DNA from: an uncultured virus (IMG/VR IMGVR_UViG_3300000115_000010)
Lineage: Duplodnaviria; Heunggongvirae; Uroviricota; Caudoviricetes
IMG/VR virus record: IMGVR_UViG_3300000115_000010
Location: 1 to 64,000 of that record
DNA: 64,000 nucleotides
Strand: one strand, 5' to 3'
The notes below the pieces were generated by a model. That model saw only the letters and a program-made list of their open reading frames with translations, was not told where the DNA came from and did no database searches. Positions 54,905 to 63,475 of this stretch are shown here, one piece after another. The stretch's first letter is position 1, and the number at the start of each line of letters is the position of its first letter. Both the position numbers and the translations under genes were made by a program.

Positions 54905-55600
54905 ATGAAAAACATTAAAGACGTGCTGTTTATAGTACAAGCAAGGACTAATAGTCAACGTGTACCTGCAAAAATGACAAGAGAATTTGCAGGTACTTGT
55001 CTATTTGAGATATTCATTAATAAGATTAAACAAACCAATATACCAATGGAAAACTTTTACGCAAGTGTTTGCGATCAAGAACTTATTGATATATGTAACA
55101 AACATGAAGTTAACATATTTAATCGCAGTTTAGCGTCACGCAACAGCGAAAATGATTTAGTACAAATGTACGAATGGTGGGACAAATTTCCACAATACAA
55201 GTATGTTGTATTATTCAATCCATGTTTGCCATTCTTAAGCGTAAATACTATAAATCAGTTTGTAGATCAATATGTTAGTAGTGAGCACGATGGCCTTTTT
55301 GGTGTTATGTCTAAAAAGCAATACTATTGGAACACCCAAGGTGAAATGATCACACCCTGGCCAGCTGGTGTAACTATTATGAACACCAAAGTAGTAGAAC
55401 CTACACTTGAAGCTGCACATGCATTATACGCTGGAAGACTTGATCTAATTGGCCAAGAGCGTTGGATGGGTGACTTTACAAAAAACAATCCTGCACTATT
55501 TGAAATGAAAGAGTTCGAATGCCTTGATATTGATTACGAATGGCAATTCGAAGTATATACAACTTATTGGGAAAAACATTATGGTAAAAACAATAGCTGA
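54905..55600 (+). CDS. neuA: Acylneuraminate (CMP-nonulosonate) cytidylyltransferase
   Basis: AR..SQRVP.K, NP..PFL and DID...F. Confidence 0.82.
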   Translation: MKNIKDVLFIVQARTNSQRVPAKMTREFAGTCLFEIFINKIKQTNIPMENFYASVCDQELIDICNKHEVNIFNRSLASRNSENDLVQMYEWWDKFPQYKYVVLFNPCLPFLSVNTINQFVDQYVSSEHDGLFGVMSKKQYYWNTQGEMITPWPAGVTIMNTKVVEPTLEAAHALYAGRLDLIGQERWMGDFTKNNPALFEMKEFECLDIDYEWQFEVYTTYWEKHYGKNNS

Positions 55601-56390
55601 AATTGGCATCAATCACAACGGTGATTTAGGGTTATGCAAAGAAATGATCACACTCGCAAAAAAAGCAGGTGCTGATTATGTAAAATTTCAAAAGCGTGAT
55701 CCGAATGTTTGTGTACCAGAAGATCAAAAGTCTAAATTAAGAGATACTCCTTGGGGAGAAATGACATACCTTGAGTACAAGCATCGTATTGAGTTCAATG
55801 ACGAGTTTTATGAAATTGATCAACATTGTAAAGAAGTAGGAATCAATTGGTTTGTAAGTGTATGGGATACAAATAGTATTCAGTTTATGGCTAATAATTT
55901 TGATACTAGTATAGTAAAAGTACCAAGTGCAAAAGCCACAGACACTGAAATTTTAAATATGTGCAATGCCATATATGGTACAGTAATAGTGAGTACTGGT
56001 ATGTGTACACTGGAAGAAATTGAACAAATTGTTAGATATGTAGACAAGAATAAACTTGTACTAATGCACACTGTAAGTACATATCCAGCAAAGACGGCGG
56101 ATCTACACATTGACACAATTGATTACTTAAAACGTTATCAGGTTCCTGTTGGATATAGTGGACATGAGTTGGGTAAATTTATTTCAGCTGCACTTGCTCT
56201 AAAGGATATTGACTGGCTAGAGCGTCATTTTACTAGTGACAAAACACTGTGGGGGACTGATCAAAGTTGTAGCTTAGAAACACACGAACTTAAAGAGCTC
56301 ATAGGAAATATGCAGATGCTCGAGAAGGCACGTGGTACTAGAGTTGGTGTATTAGAATGTGAAATCCCGATACTAGAGAAACTAAGGTAA
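55581..56390 (+). CDS. neuB: N-acetylneuraminate/nonulosonate synthase without SAF domain
   Basis: IAEIGINHNG, AD.VKFQ, KVPS, STGM, H.VSTYP, GYSGHE, ERHFT and DQ..SL. Confidence 0.9.
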   Translation: MVKTIAEIGINHNGDLGLCKEMITLAKKAGADYVKFQKRDPNVCVPEDQKSKLRDTPWGEMTYLEYKHRIEFNDEFYEIDQHCKEVGINWFVSVWDTNSIQFMANNFDTSIVKVPSAKATDTEILNMCNAIYGTVIVSTGMCTLEEIEQIVRYVDKNKLVLMHTVSTYPAKTADLHIDTIDYLKRYQVPVGYSGHELGKFISAALALKDIDWLERHFTSDKTLWGTDQSCSLETHELKELIGNMQMLEKARGTRVGVLECEIPILEKLR

Positions 56391-56400
56391 TTTAGTATAA

Positions 56401-57327
56401 ATGCATTTAAATAGAGATCTGGCAATTTTAATTCCAGGATTAACTTACGGTGGTAGTAAAAGTTCTGAATTTTTATCACATTGTGAACAAATCACAAATC
56501 AACTAAACAAAGGTAACATTAATGATGTTACTTTTTATATTAGTACGTGGGATCATAAAAATAATAATACACATGATTTAATAACTGCAATTGAAAATTT
56601 TGGTTTTAAGTATAAATTAGATATAGAAACTTATCAAACATTTGATCAAATCATACATGAAATAATATATGAAGATATGCCAGAGTTTGGAAAGCTCTGG
56701 GACAAATGGCTACACGAAGATTTACTCAAAGCTTCACAATGTTCAGCAGTTGACTACAAGCGTAGACATCTATCGATATACTATAAATTTTATAAAGTGT
56801 TTTATATGACACAACACGAACACCTAATTGTTAGGACCAAATCAAACAACGGAGTCAATCTACCAATACTAGATCTATTAGATTCTCTAGAAGAAACATT
56901 AGAATGGAATCAAACAAACAATAAGTTTAAACAACCTAGTAATTTCAATAAAGAATTAGGAAACGCAAATGAACTTATTAAATATGATAACTGGATATCA
57001 TGTAACATTGATGGAGTGAGTAACAATGGTCTTGTAAAAGTCAATGAAAATGGAATATTTGGATTAAGACCTGTTTTTGAACACAGAATATTTAACTATA
57101 ATTCACCTAAGGAATTTATACTTAATGGTATAGCGTCTATATACTATCAGCAGTTCTTGGATAATTTTACAGCATCACAATTAAATAAAAATTTGTCAAT
57201 GCCGCCTATAGCTAGTGGTAGTTTAGTGTGGGGTCAATATTTTACTAGCAAACGTATACAGATACATCCAGTCTGGGCGTCTGCAAATCCGTTCTCTAAA
57301 GATGGACAGGTTCATAAAATGTACTAA
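56401..57327 (+). CDS. Hypothetical protein, possibly glycan-related
   Basis: AILIPG...FYISTW...YYK...IVRTK loosely parallels the 21054 protein; follows neuAB. Confidence 0.5.
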   Translation: MHLNRDLAILIPGLTYGGSKSSEFLSHCEQITNQLNKGNINDVTFYISTWDHKNNNTHDLITAIENFGFKYKLDIETYQTFDQIIHEIIYEDMPEFGKLWDKWLHEDLLKASQCSAVDYKRRHLSIYYKFYKVFYMTQHEHLIVRTKSNNGVNLPILDLLDSLEETLEWNQTNNKFKQPSNFNKELGNANELIKYDNWISCNIDGVSNNGLVKVNENGIFGLRPVFEHRIFNYNSPKEFILNGIASIYYQQFLDNFTASQLNKNLSMPPIASGSLVWGQYFTSKRIQIHPVWASANPFSKDGQVHKMY

Positions 57328-57416
57328 AATGATAAATAAATAGATGGAAAAATAAAGCTCAATTTTTTTTGAGCCAATTTTTTTTAGGCTGAATTAACTA
57401 AAAAGGAAAAAGATAA

Positions 57417-58289
57417 ATGACGCAACTCATAAACCCACGAAAATTTACACAAACAGTTGGCCTTTTAAGGTCATTTTTTTTGGACAAAGGATTCTTGGAA
57501 GTCCACACCCAAAACAGACTAAGCATACTTGCCGCATGTGAAGATCCATTCAATGTAGCAACGTACAATTACGCAGGCAACACTTGGCCACTACCCCAAA
57601 CAGGCCAGATGTGGTTAGAACATGAATTATTAAGTAGCCCCGATAGTAAGGGGTTTTTTTGTGTCTCCACTTCCTATAGACAAGAGCCAAATGCTATACC
57701 AGGCAGACACGATATTATCTTCCCAATGTTTGAATTTGAAATGCCAGGCAGTGTAGATGATCTCAAAGCAATGGAAATTGAACTGTGTGAATACTTAGGC
57801 TTTGATGCACTAACAGAAAAAACATACAGAGAATGGCAACAGCATTGGGGTGTAAGTGCAGACACCGAAATGGATGACAGTCACGAAAAAGCTATGGAAA
57901 TGAACTTTGGTAGTTGTTTGATTACTGACTTTCCAGAACTAACATCACCTTTCTGGAACATGGCACGTAATGATGATGGCGAAACTGCCAAGAAGATGGA
58001 TGTTATACTAGGTGGTATGGAAACTATAGGCTCAGCAGAACGTAGTTGTGATGTTGATATGATGCGTGATACATTCCATAGTATTGTAGACGGAGAGTAC
58101 GCAGAGTTGTTATTTAAACTATTCGGTAAAGAACGTGTAGAAGCAGAACTAGAAGAGTTCCTCAAGTTTGACTTCTTCCAAAGAGTAGGCGGCGGAATTG
58201 GTATTACACGTATGATACCTGCACTAGAAAAAATAAATGCACTGAGTGAGCCAATGGGTATGATTCAACCCATGCTTCGTTCAGCATAA
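57417..58289 (+). CDS. Class IIb aminoacyl-tRNA synthetase catalytic core (AsnRS-like) lacking the anticodon-binding domain
   Basis: Motif 1 RSFFLDKGFLEVHT starts at residue 18; LPQTGQMWLE; motif 2 SYRQE...RH...F.MFEFE; ETIGSAER; motif 3 GGGIGITR. Confidence 0.85.
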   Translation: MTQLINPRKFTQTVGLLRSFFLDKGFLEVHTQNRLSILAACEDPFNVATYNYAGNTWPLPQTGQMWLEHELLSSPDSKGFFCVSTSYRQEPNAIPGRHDIIFPMFEFEMPGSVDDLKAMEIELCEYLGFDALTEKTYREWQQHWGVSADTEMDDSHEKAMEMNFGSCLITDFPELTSPFWNMARNDDGETAKKMDVILGGMETIGSAERSCDVDMMRDTFHSIVDGEYAELLFKLFGKERVEAELEEFLKFDFFQRVGGGIGITRMIPALEKINALSEPMGMIQPMLRSA

Positions 58290-58296
58290 AGTTTAT

Positions 58297-58397
58297 TCCA
58301 GGGTGGAGAAATTGGTAGACTCGCACGACTGTTTATCGTGTGATAGATGTTCCGCAAAATATTTATCGTGTAGGTTCGAGTCCTACCCCTGGAGCCA
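58297..58397 (+). tRNA. tRNA-Asn(GUU), atypical: long variable arm, U37, encoded CCA
   Basis: Acceptor TCCAGGG/CCCTGGA plus G-CCA; D stem GAG/CTC with GG; anticodon stem CACGA/TCGTG with loop CT-GTT-TA; 29-nt variable region; T arm GTAGG-TTCGAGT-CCTAC. Confidence 0.88.
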
Positions 58398-58403
58398 ATA
58401 AAA

Positions 58404-58448
58404 TATGACCTACAGATCATAAAACTATAATATGGTCTATAGGTCATA
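58404..58448. terminator. Imperfect inverted repeat after the tRNA, overlapping a TAAATA motif
   Basis: TATGACCTACAGATCATA ... TATGGTCTATAGGTCATA. Confidence 0.5.
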
Positions 58449-58458
58449 AATATGTGTA

Positions 58459-59055
58459 ATGAATTACATTGAAAAATTAGAACAATCAGATATATTTCGT
58501 TATATAAAAGACAAAAAAGTACTAGAAATTGGTACTGCAGAAGGTTACTATTGGAATCTTTACAAAAAATATAATCCTTTAAATATAACCGGATTAGATC
58601 CAGATGATAGATGGAGTCTGACAGATGGTGTAAAAAGAGAGAATATAATAAAATACGGCTGGGAAAAATATTTGCCAGTAACTGGCTATGACGTTATTAT
58701 TGCATATGGTGTAATATACAAGTTAAGCAGTCCATTACATTTTTTAGAAACATTAGTCAGGTCTGAGCCACAAGTTATAATGATCGAACAAGTAGATCGT
58801 TGGGGCCAACCAGGTATTTCAAAATATCAGTCTATTAGAGATGGACGACGGGGAGATATTATCTATAGTGATAGGTATAATAGTAAAATTCATATGCATG
58901 CACCGGAAGATTTAATTGTAAAAGCAATGAATAATATGAATTATGAATTAGTTCAAAAAGAAGTTATCAGGGCAACTGATGATGATGAGTTTTGGATGAT
59001 TAGAGGCAAAAAAAGCACAAAACAATTTACATTTTTAAATAAAAATAATATATAA
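58459..59055 (+). CDS. Class I SAM-dependent methyltransferase
   Basis: KKVLEIGTAEG, TGLD and YDVII.YGV.Y.L.SP. Confidence 0.75.
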   Translation: MNYIEKLEQSDIFRYIKDKKVLEIGTAEGYYWNLYKKYNPLNITGLDPDDRWSLTDGVKRENIIKYGWEKYLPVTGYDVIIAYGVIYKLSSPLHFLETLVRSEPQVIMIEQVDRWGQPGISKYQSIRDGRRGDIIYSDRYNSKIHMHAPEDLIVKAMNNMNYELVQKEVIRATDDDEFWMIRGKKSTKQFTFLNKNNI

Positions 59056-59073
59056 AAACACTGGAAACAAAAC

Positions 59074-59127
59074 TTGACAATACCCTCGATTGTTGCTATT
59101 ATAGGTAGATAAACAATTGAGGGTTAT
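59074..59127 (+). promoter_or_regulatory. Sigma70-type promoter overlapped by an inverted repeat
   Basis: TTGACA-17 bp-TATTAT; ACCCTCGATTGTT pairs with AACAATTGAGGGT. Confidence 0.65.
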
Positions 59128-59129
59128 TC

Positions 59130-60110
59130 ATGACATATATTCTAGTAGACACAGCAAACATGTTTTTTCGTGCAAGGCATGTAGTACGTGGAGATGATAT
59201 TGATACCAAAATTGGTATGGCATATCACATTATGTTTGCAAGTATTTTAAAAGCATATAGAGACTTTAACGGCAGTCATGTTGTATTCTGTTTAGAAGGA
59301 CGCAGTTGGCGTAAAGACTTTTATGAGCCTTACAAAGCTAATCGCAAAGTAGCTCGTGATGCACTTACTCCTAAGGAAGAGGAAGAAGATAAGGCATATT
59401 GGGAAGCATTTGACAATCTTAAAGAGTTTATGGAAACTCGAACAAATTGCACAGTACTGCAACACAAACAATGTGAAGCTGATGACTTTATTGCACGTTG
59501 GATACAGAATCATCCTGATGATGAACATGTTATTATTAGTAGCGATAGTGACTTTTATCAGTTACTCACAGACAAAGTAACACAGTACAATGGAATTAGT
59601 AATCAGCATATTAAAATAGATGGTATTGTAAACGACAAAGGCAAGCCTGTAATTGACAAGAAAACTAAAGAGCAAAAACAAATTGGTGATCCTAGTTGGT
59701 TGCTGTTTGAAAAGTGTATGAGAGGCGATAGCAGTGATAACGTGTTTAGTGCTTTTCCAGGTGTTCGTAAAAAAGGTACAAAAAACAAAGTTGGTCTACT
59801 TGAGGCATTTGCTGATAAAGATGCAAAAGGCTTTGACTGGAACAATATGATGCTACAACGTTGGGTGGATCATAATGGTGATGAACATCGAGTACTAGAT
59901 GATTATCTACGCAATGTAACACTAGTCGATCTCACACAACAGCCTGATGATATTAAAGTAGCATTGGATGATGTCATTACTTCACAAGTACAAGCTACTC
60001 CAGTTAGTGGTGTAGGTATTCATTTTATGCGGTTTTGTGGAACATATGATTTACAACGTATCAGCGATAACTCTCAAGCACATGCAGAATATTTAAATGC
60101 AGCCTACTGA
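59130..60110 (+). CDS. rnh: T4-type RNase H / 5'-3' flap exonuclease
   Basis: LVD..N, SWRK..Y..YKANR, EADD, SSDSDF.QL and GD.SDNV. Confidence 0.9.
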   Translation: MTYILVDTANMFFRARHVVRGDDIDTKIGMAYHIMFASILKAYRDFNGSHVVFCLEGRSWRKDFYEPYKANRKVARDALTPKEEEEDKAYWEAFDNLKEFMETRTNCTVLQHKQCEADDFIARWIQNHPDDEHVIISSDSDFYQLLTDKVTQYNGISNQHIKIDGIVNDKGKPVIDKKTKEQKQIGDPSWLLFEKCMRGDSSDNVFSAFPGVRKKGTKNKVGLLEAFADKDAKGFDWNNMMLQRWVDHNGDEHRVLDDYLRNVTLVDLTQQPDDIKVALDDVITSQVQATPVSGVGIHFMRFCGTYDLQRISDNSQAHAEYLNAAY

Positions 60111-60606
60111 TACGTATAAATATAATGCGAAGAGTGTTATAGAAGATAGTTTCTGGATTGTAGAAAATCGTGGTAATCGAGTTGGAACAATTAGAAAAAA
60201 TTTAGATAGCTATACGTTTTATAATACTTTAGAAAAGACAGAAACGTTAGTGGATATCAAAGACTTTAATATTACAACTGTTACTACAAAGACTACAAGT
60301 AACAATCAATCAGTATTAGGGTTTCCAACTAACCAGGATATAGTGTATAACGGTCAGCTACTAGATAATGTGCCTGCTTACACAAAGACACCCAAAAGCA
60401 ACACATATTTTGTGGCTGGGTATTGGGCATTATTATTTGCTACAGGATGGAGGCCGAGCTTTTGTCCAAGACATAAAACACAGCAAGGTTACACTAGCTT
60501 AGGACCATTTAAAAACGAAGCTGACATGCATCTTGCTATAAAAAGACAAGGATCGGATTATGAAACTCTTACTAGCAGGGGCAATAGCACTACTACCAGT
60601 TATTAG
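60097..60606 (+). CDS. Conserved phage hypothetical protein
   Basis: FWIVE..G..VG, YTKT.KS...F.AGYW, FCP and GPFK. Confidence 0.7.
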   Translation: MQPTDTYKYNAKSVIEDSFWIVENRGNRVGTIRKNLDSYTFYNTLEKTETLVDIKDFNITTVTTKTTSNNQSVLGFPTNQDIVYNGQLLDNVPAYTKTPKSNTYFVAGYWALLFATGWRPSFCPRHKTQQGYTSLGPFKNEADMHLAIKRQGSDYETLTSRGNSTTTSY

Positions 60607-60940
60607 TGTTGCACAAGAAAACCCCAAAGCTCTAAAATCGCCAACTGCAAGAACATTTTTTGCTACACATGCATGTGACAATGTCATGACAATGACAGAT
60701 CTAGTAGTGGGAAAATACAGAGAACAACCATTATTTAAAGCAATGGGTCTGCAATTTTCTGCACAAGATGGAAAGGCATATGCTGGTAGTATGATGATGT
60801 TTGTTAATCAGGATACTGGCACATGGAGTTTGATCACACTATACCCAGACGGTACTGGATGTATGGTTGCTACTGGTAGAGAGTTTGAACCTTATAATGG
60901 ACCTAAAATTAATCCTTCTAAAAAGGAATATACTCCATAA
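60560..60940 (+). CDS. Secreted/periplasmic protein
   Basis: Signal peptide MKLLLAGAIALLPVISVA; FVN..TGTWS..C. Confidence 0.65.
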   Translation: MKLLLAGAIALLPVISVAQENPKALKSPTARTFFATHACDNVMTMTDLVVGKYREQPLFKAMGLQFSAQDGKAYAGSMMMFVNQDTGTWSLITLYPDGTGCMVATGREFEPYNGPKINPSKKEYTP

Positions 60941-61128
60941 TGTGGACATTAGTTTTTATATACTTCTATGAAATAACACCTTATGTAGAGTTAATAAGCA
61001 CCCATACCAATATGGTAGAGTGTTTCCAAGCAAGAGAAGAGTTAAGTGAATTTCATGGTATGGGAGGTGGCTATTTCAAACCAGAACAGCAAGCCATATG
61101 TATTAACATGAATGGGTCAGATATATAA
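60940..61128 (+). CDS. Small hypothetical protein
   Basis: MW.LVFI...M.EC...RE...AIC. Confidence 0.55.
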   Translation: MWTLVFIYFYEITPYVELISTHTNMVECFQAREELSEFHGMGGGYFKPEQQAICINMNGSDI

Positions 61129-61198
61129 TTTAAATATCACAATTATATGGTGTTTTAACTAAATACATTAAAGCAGTATACAATGATGGAATTTAAAA

Positions 61199-61510
61199 AT
61201 GGCAAGACCTAAACCAAAAATATTAATGGAATTTACCGACCCTAAAAGTTATCGTAGCGAACAGATACTAGATGCAGATGCTATCTATGCAGTGTTTCAT
61301 AATAACAAACCTATTAATTTGCGTAGCTTAAATAGCTTAGTAAATTTTCCAGGACCTAAATATAAAAAAGTTAGCTTTAGTAATAGCGGCCATGCTTTCA
61401 ACTTAGCAACTCGATTAAACAAGTTATTTAAAACAGATTCATTTACAGTAGTAAAGTTACTCGAGGGACAGATAGTAATAGAGAAAGATGACAACGGAAG
61501 CCTTTTATAA
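61199..61510 (+). CDS. Conserved large-phage protein (MARPKP N-terminus)
   Basis: TAAATA at 61160; PKYKKVSFSN.GHAFNLA.RLN. Confidence 0.7.
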   Translation: MARPKPKILMEFTDPKSYRSEQILDADAIYAVFHNNKPINLRSLNSLVNFPGPKYKKVSFSNSGHAFNLATRLNKLFKTDSFTVVKLLEGQIVIEKDDNGSLL

Positions 61511-61850
61511 TAGCATACTAACACATGCAAAAAATTCACATTGGGCTGACGAGAATATTTCATTACGTAATCTGTTTAAAAATTATCGTAATAATAGCGG
61601 TCTTAGTTTAACTAGGCTTGGACTTCGTATAATGCAAGATATGGGCATAGAATACGAAACATTTAAAAGTAATGATGAAATTAAATTTACTGCAAAATTT
61701 AGAATTGTCATGGACAGATATAATCAATATCCATATTACTTTACTAAGAATCAGTTAATATTATTTGGTAGTGAAGATCGTATAATGTATAAATTATATG
61801 GTAAAAATCTTGATGCATGGATCGAACATATGGAAGAACAATTGAATTAA
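61488..61850 (+). CDS. Hypothetical protein
   Basis: ORF track; GL.LT..G segment. Confidence 0.65.
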   Translation: MTTEAFYNSILTHAKNSHWADENISLRNLFKNYRNNSGLSLTRLGLRIMQDMGIEYETFKSNDEIKFTAKFRIVMDRYNQYPYYFTKNQLILFGSEDRIMYKLYGKNLDAWIEHMEEQLN

Positions 61851-61864
61851 TTTCATTTCTGCTA

Positions 61865-61893
61865 TTGACACTTGGATATATTGGTGCTATAAG
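61865..61893 (+). promoter_or_regulatory. Early promoter with a degenerate operator (right half TATTGGTG)
   Basis: TTGACA-CTTGGATATATTGGTGC-TATAAG. Confidence 0.65.
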
Positions 61894-61922
61894 CCAAATA
61901 TACGTTAACAAGGAGAGTTGAA

Positions 61923-62342
61923 ATGGTACTTGAAGCAAAACTAGTTAATTATATTTTAGCCCAGCATGCCGAAGCAGATGCATTTGAAGCAGAAGCTCCA
62001 GGTAATTGGATGGGCCGTTTGCCATCACCACAAGATACTGCATACTGGACAGCCCGTGTCCCAACTGGAACGTTTGCAGAGTTTAATCGTATTGAACTTG
62101 AAGAGTCAGCATATTATGCAACCGCAGATGCTTACAGTAAGTCATACGCTCGTAGCTTTGATTTCTCAACTATGTCAGATGCCCAGTTGGACGCTGTTAT
62201 TACAGAAGCATGTAATGAAATGGATTACCAGCATAAAGCTGAAGAAGCTTATAAAAAAGCTGAAGAACTTAAAATGACAGAACTTGCAAATTCACTTAAC
62301 GTAGATATGAATACTCTTAACAGATGGATGGAGGCAGCATAA
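61923..62342 (+). CDS. Hypothetical early protein
   Basis: AAGGAG SD. Confidence 0.7.
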   Translation: MVLEAKLVNYILAQHAEADAFEAEAPGNWMGRLPSPQDTAYWTARVPTGTFAEFNRIELEESAYYATADAYSKSYARSFDFSTMSDAQLDAVITEACNEMDYQHKAEEAYKKAEELKMTELANSLNVDMNTLNRWMEAA

Positions 62343-62551
62343 TGACCGAATATGATGAAATACATGGTGGACCGTTTGATAGGGGGAGTGCAGATAGTTA
62401 TTACCGACGTCCACCAGAACCACATTATTATCCGCAAGGAACGTATACTGGACCGAGAATTGAAGAACATCAAATGACACCAGAACAAATTAAAGCATAT
62501 TGTGCTGGTTTTGATGATAATGAAGCTAACGGCATGTATAAGGAGTGGTAA
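62342..62551 (+). CDS. Conserved small phage protein
   Basis: HGGPFDRGSADSYY.R...PHYYP; ATG 62342. Confidence 0.7.
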   Translation: MTEYDEIHGGPFDRGSADSYYRRPPEPHYYPQGTYTGPRIEEHQMTPEQIKAYCAGFDDNEANGMYKEW

Positions 62552-62552
62552 A

Positions 62553-62801
62553 ATGTTCGATACATTAAATTTTAAACCAGTTCGTGAAGGACATTGGCAA
62601 GCAAAGGAACAGTTTGGCAAATACCAGTTGAGTATTGTTTTACTACCTGGAAAAACTTTATATGAAGCTGCCATATTTAAAGATGGTGATTTTGTACAAT
62701 TGCCAGGTATCAACTATGATGACGATGTTATTCCAGGCTTGACAAAGAATATGGTAACTGCTATTATGCAAAAATTGGAACTTATAAAAATAGCAAGTTA
62801 A
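62553..62801 (+). CDS. Hypothetical protein
   Basis: AAGGAG SD; YE.AI...DDV...LT. Confidence 0.6.
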   Translation: MFDTLNFKPVREGHWQAKEQFGKYQLSIVLLPGKTLYEAAIFKDGDFVQLPGINYDDDVIPGLTKNMVTAIMQKLELIKIAS

Positions 62802-63011
62802 ATGAAACCTAAATGGGCGGCATGTGTTGGACTTAGTAGAATTGGTGACAGTCGTTGGCCATGGAAACAACAACGAACAGAATGTTGGAATGATATGGTG
62901 CGCCGTCCGTATCCATATTATTTAAGATTAGTACCAAATCGATGGATATGGTATACTATTCGTGGAGCAAAAGTCTGCTTTTGGAAAAGAAAAAGAAAGG
63001 ATATGAAATGA
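62802..63011 (+). CDS. Small basic Trp-rich protein
   Basis: ORF fills the gap between neighbours. Confidence 0.45.
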   Translation: MKPKWAACVGLSRIGDSRWPWKQQRTECWNDMVRRPYPYYLRLVPNRWIWYTIRGAKVCFWKRKRKDMK

Positions 63012-63415
63012 CACCTGTATTATATATTTTGATGAGAACTGATTTGGGTTCAATGAATCCTGGTAAAGCTATGGCTCAAGCCAGTCATGCTAGTAATGCA
63101 TTTGTACATTCAGCAGAGCCTGGATACAATGTAGATGAAAAACTGTTTGAAGAATGGCGACAGTCAACAACACAAGGTTTTGGTACTGTGTTGGTACTTG
63201 GTGTAAATGAAGCTCAAATGAGAACCGCAGTTGATGTTGCATCCAATTGTGGCATAGATAAGTTTCCATGTGACATTATACATGATCCAACTTACCCACT
63301 ACAAGATGGCGACACCACACATTTTATTCCTGTGGACACTTGTGGTTATATATTTGGAGATAAAGATAATGTATTATTGCAATCAATATTAGGAAACTTT
63401 GAATTACACTATTGA
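63008..63415 (+). CDS. Peptidyl-tRNA hydrolase Pth2-like protein
   Basis: YILMRTDL.SMNPGKAMAQASHA, T.VL, I.D and TC...G motifs. Confidence 0.75.
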   Translation: MTPVLYILMRTDLGSMNPGKAMAQASHASNAFVHSAEPGYNVDEKLFEEWRQSTTQGFGTVLVLGVNEAQMRTAVDVASNCGIDKFPCDIIHDPTYPLQDGDTTHFIPVDTCGYIFGDKDNVLLQSILGNFELHY

Positions 63416-63440
63416 CAACAGATTATAATGGCATTATAAG
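63412..63440 (+). promoter_or_regulatory. Sigma70-type early promoter
   Basis: TTGACA-17 bp-TATAAG. Confidence 0.6.
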
Positions 63441-63475
63441 CAAAGAGTAAGTTAACACAAACTAGGAGAAATAAA

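Noticed and set aside
58341..58369. Extra tRNA sequence as an intron or a selenocysteine tRNA
   Set aside because: The insert lies at the variable-arm position, not in the anticodon loop; the acceptor/T stems are 7/5 and the anticodon is GUU, not UCA.
2243..62873. The many minus-strand and nested alternative-frame ORFs in the track
   Set aside because: They are shadows of well-supported + strand genes with no recognisable motifs; only phoH is accepted on the minus strand.
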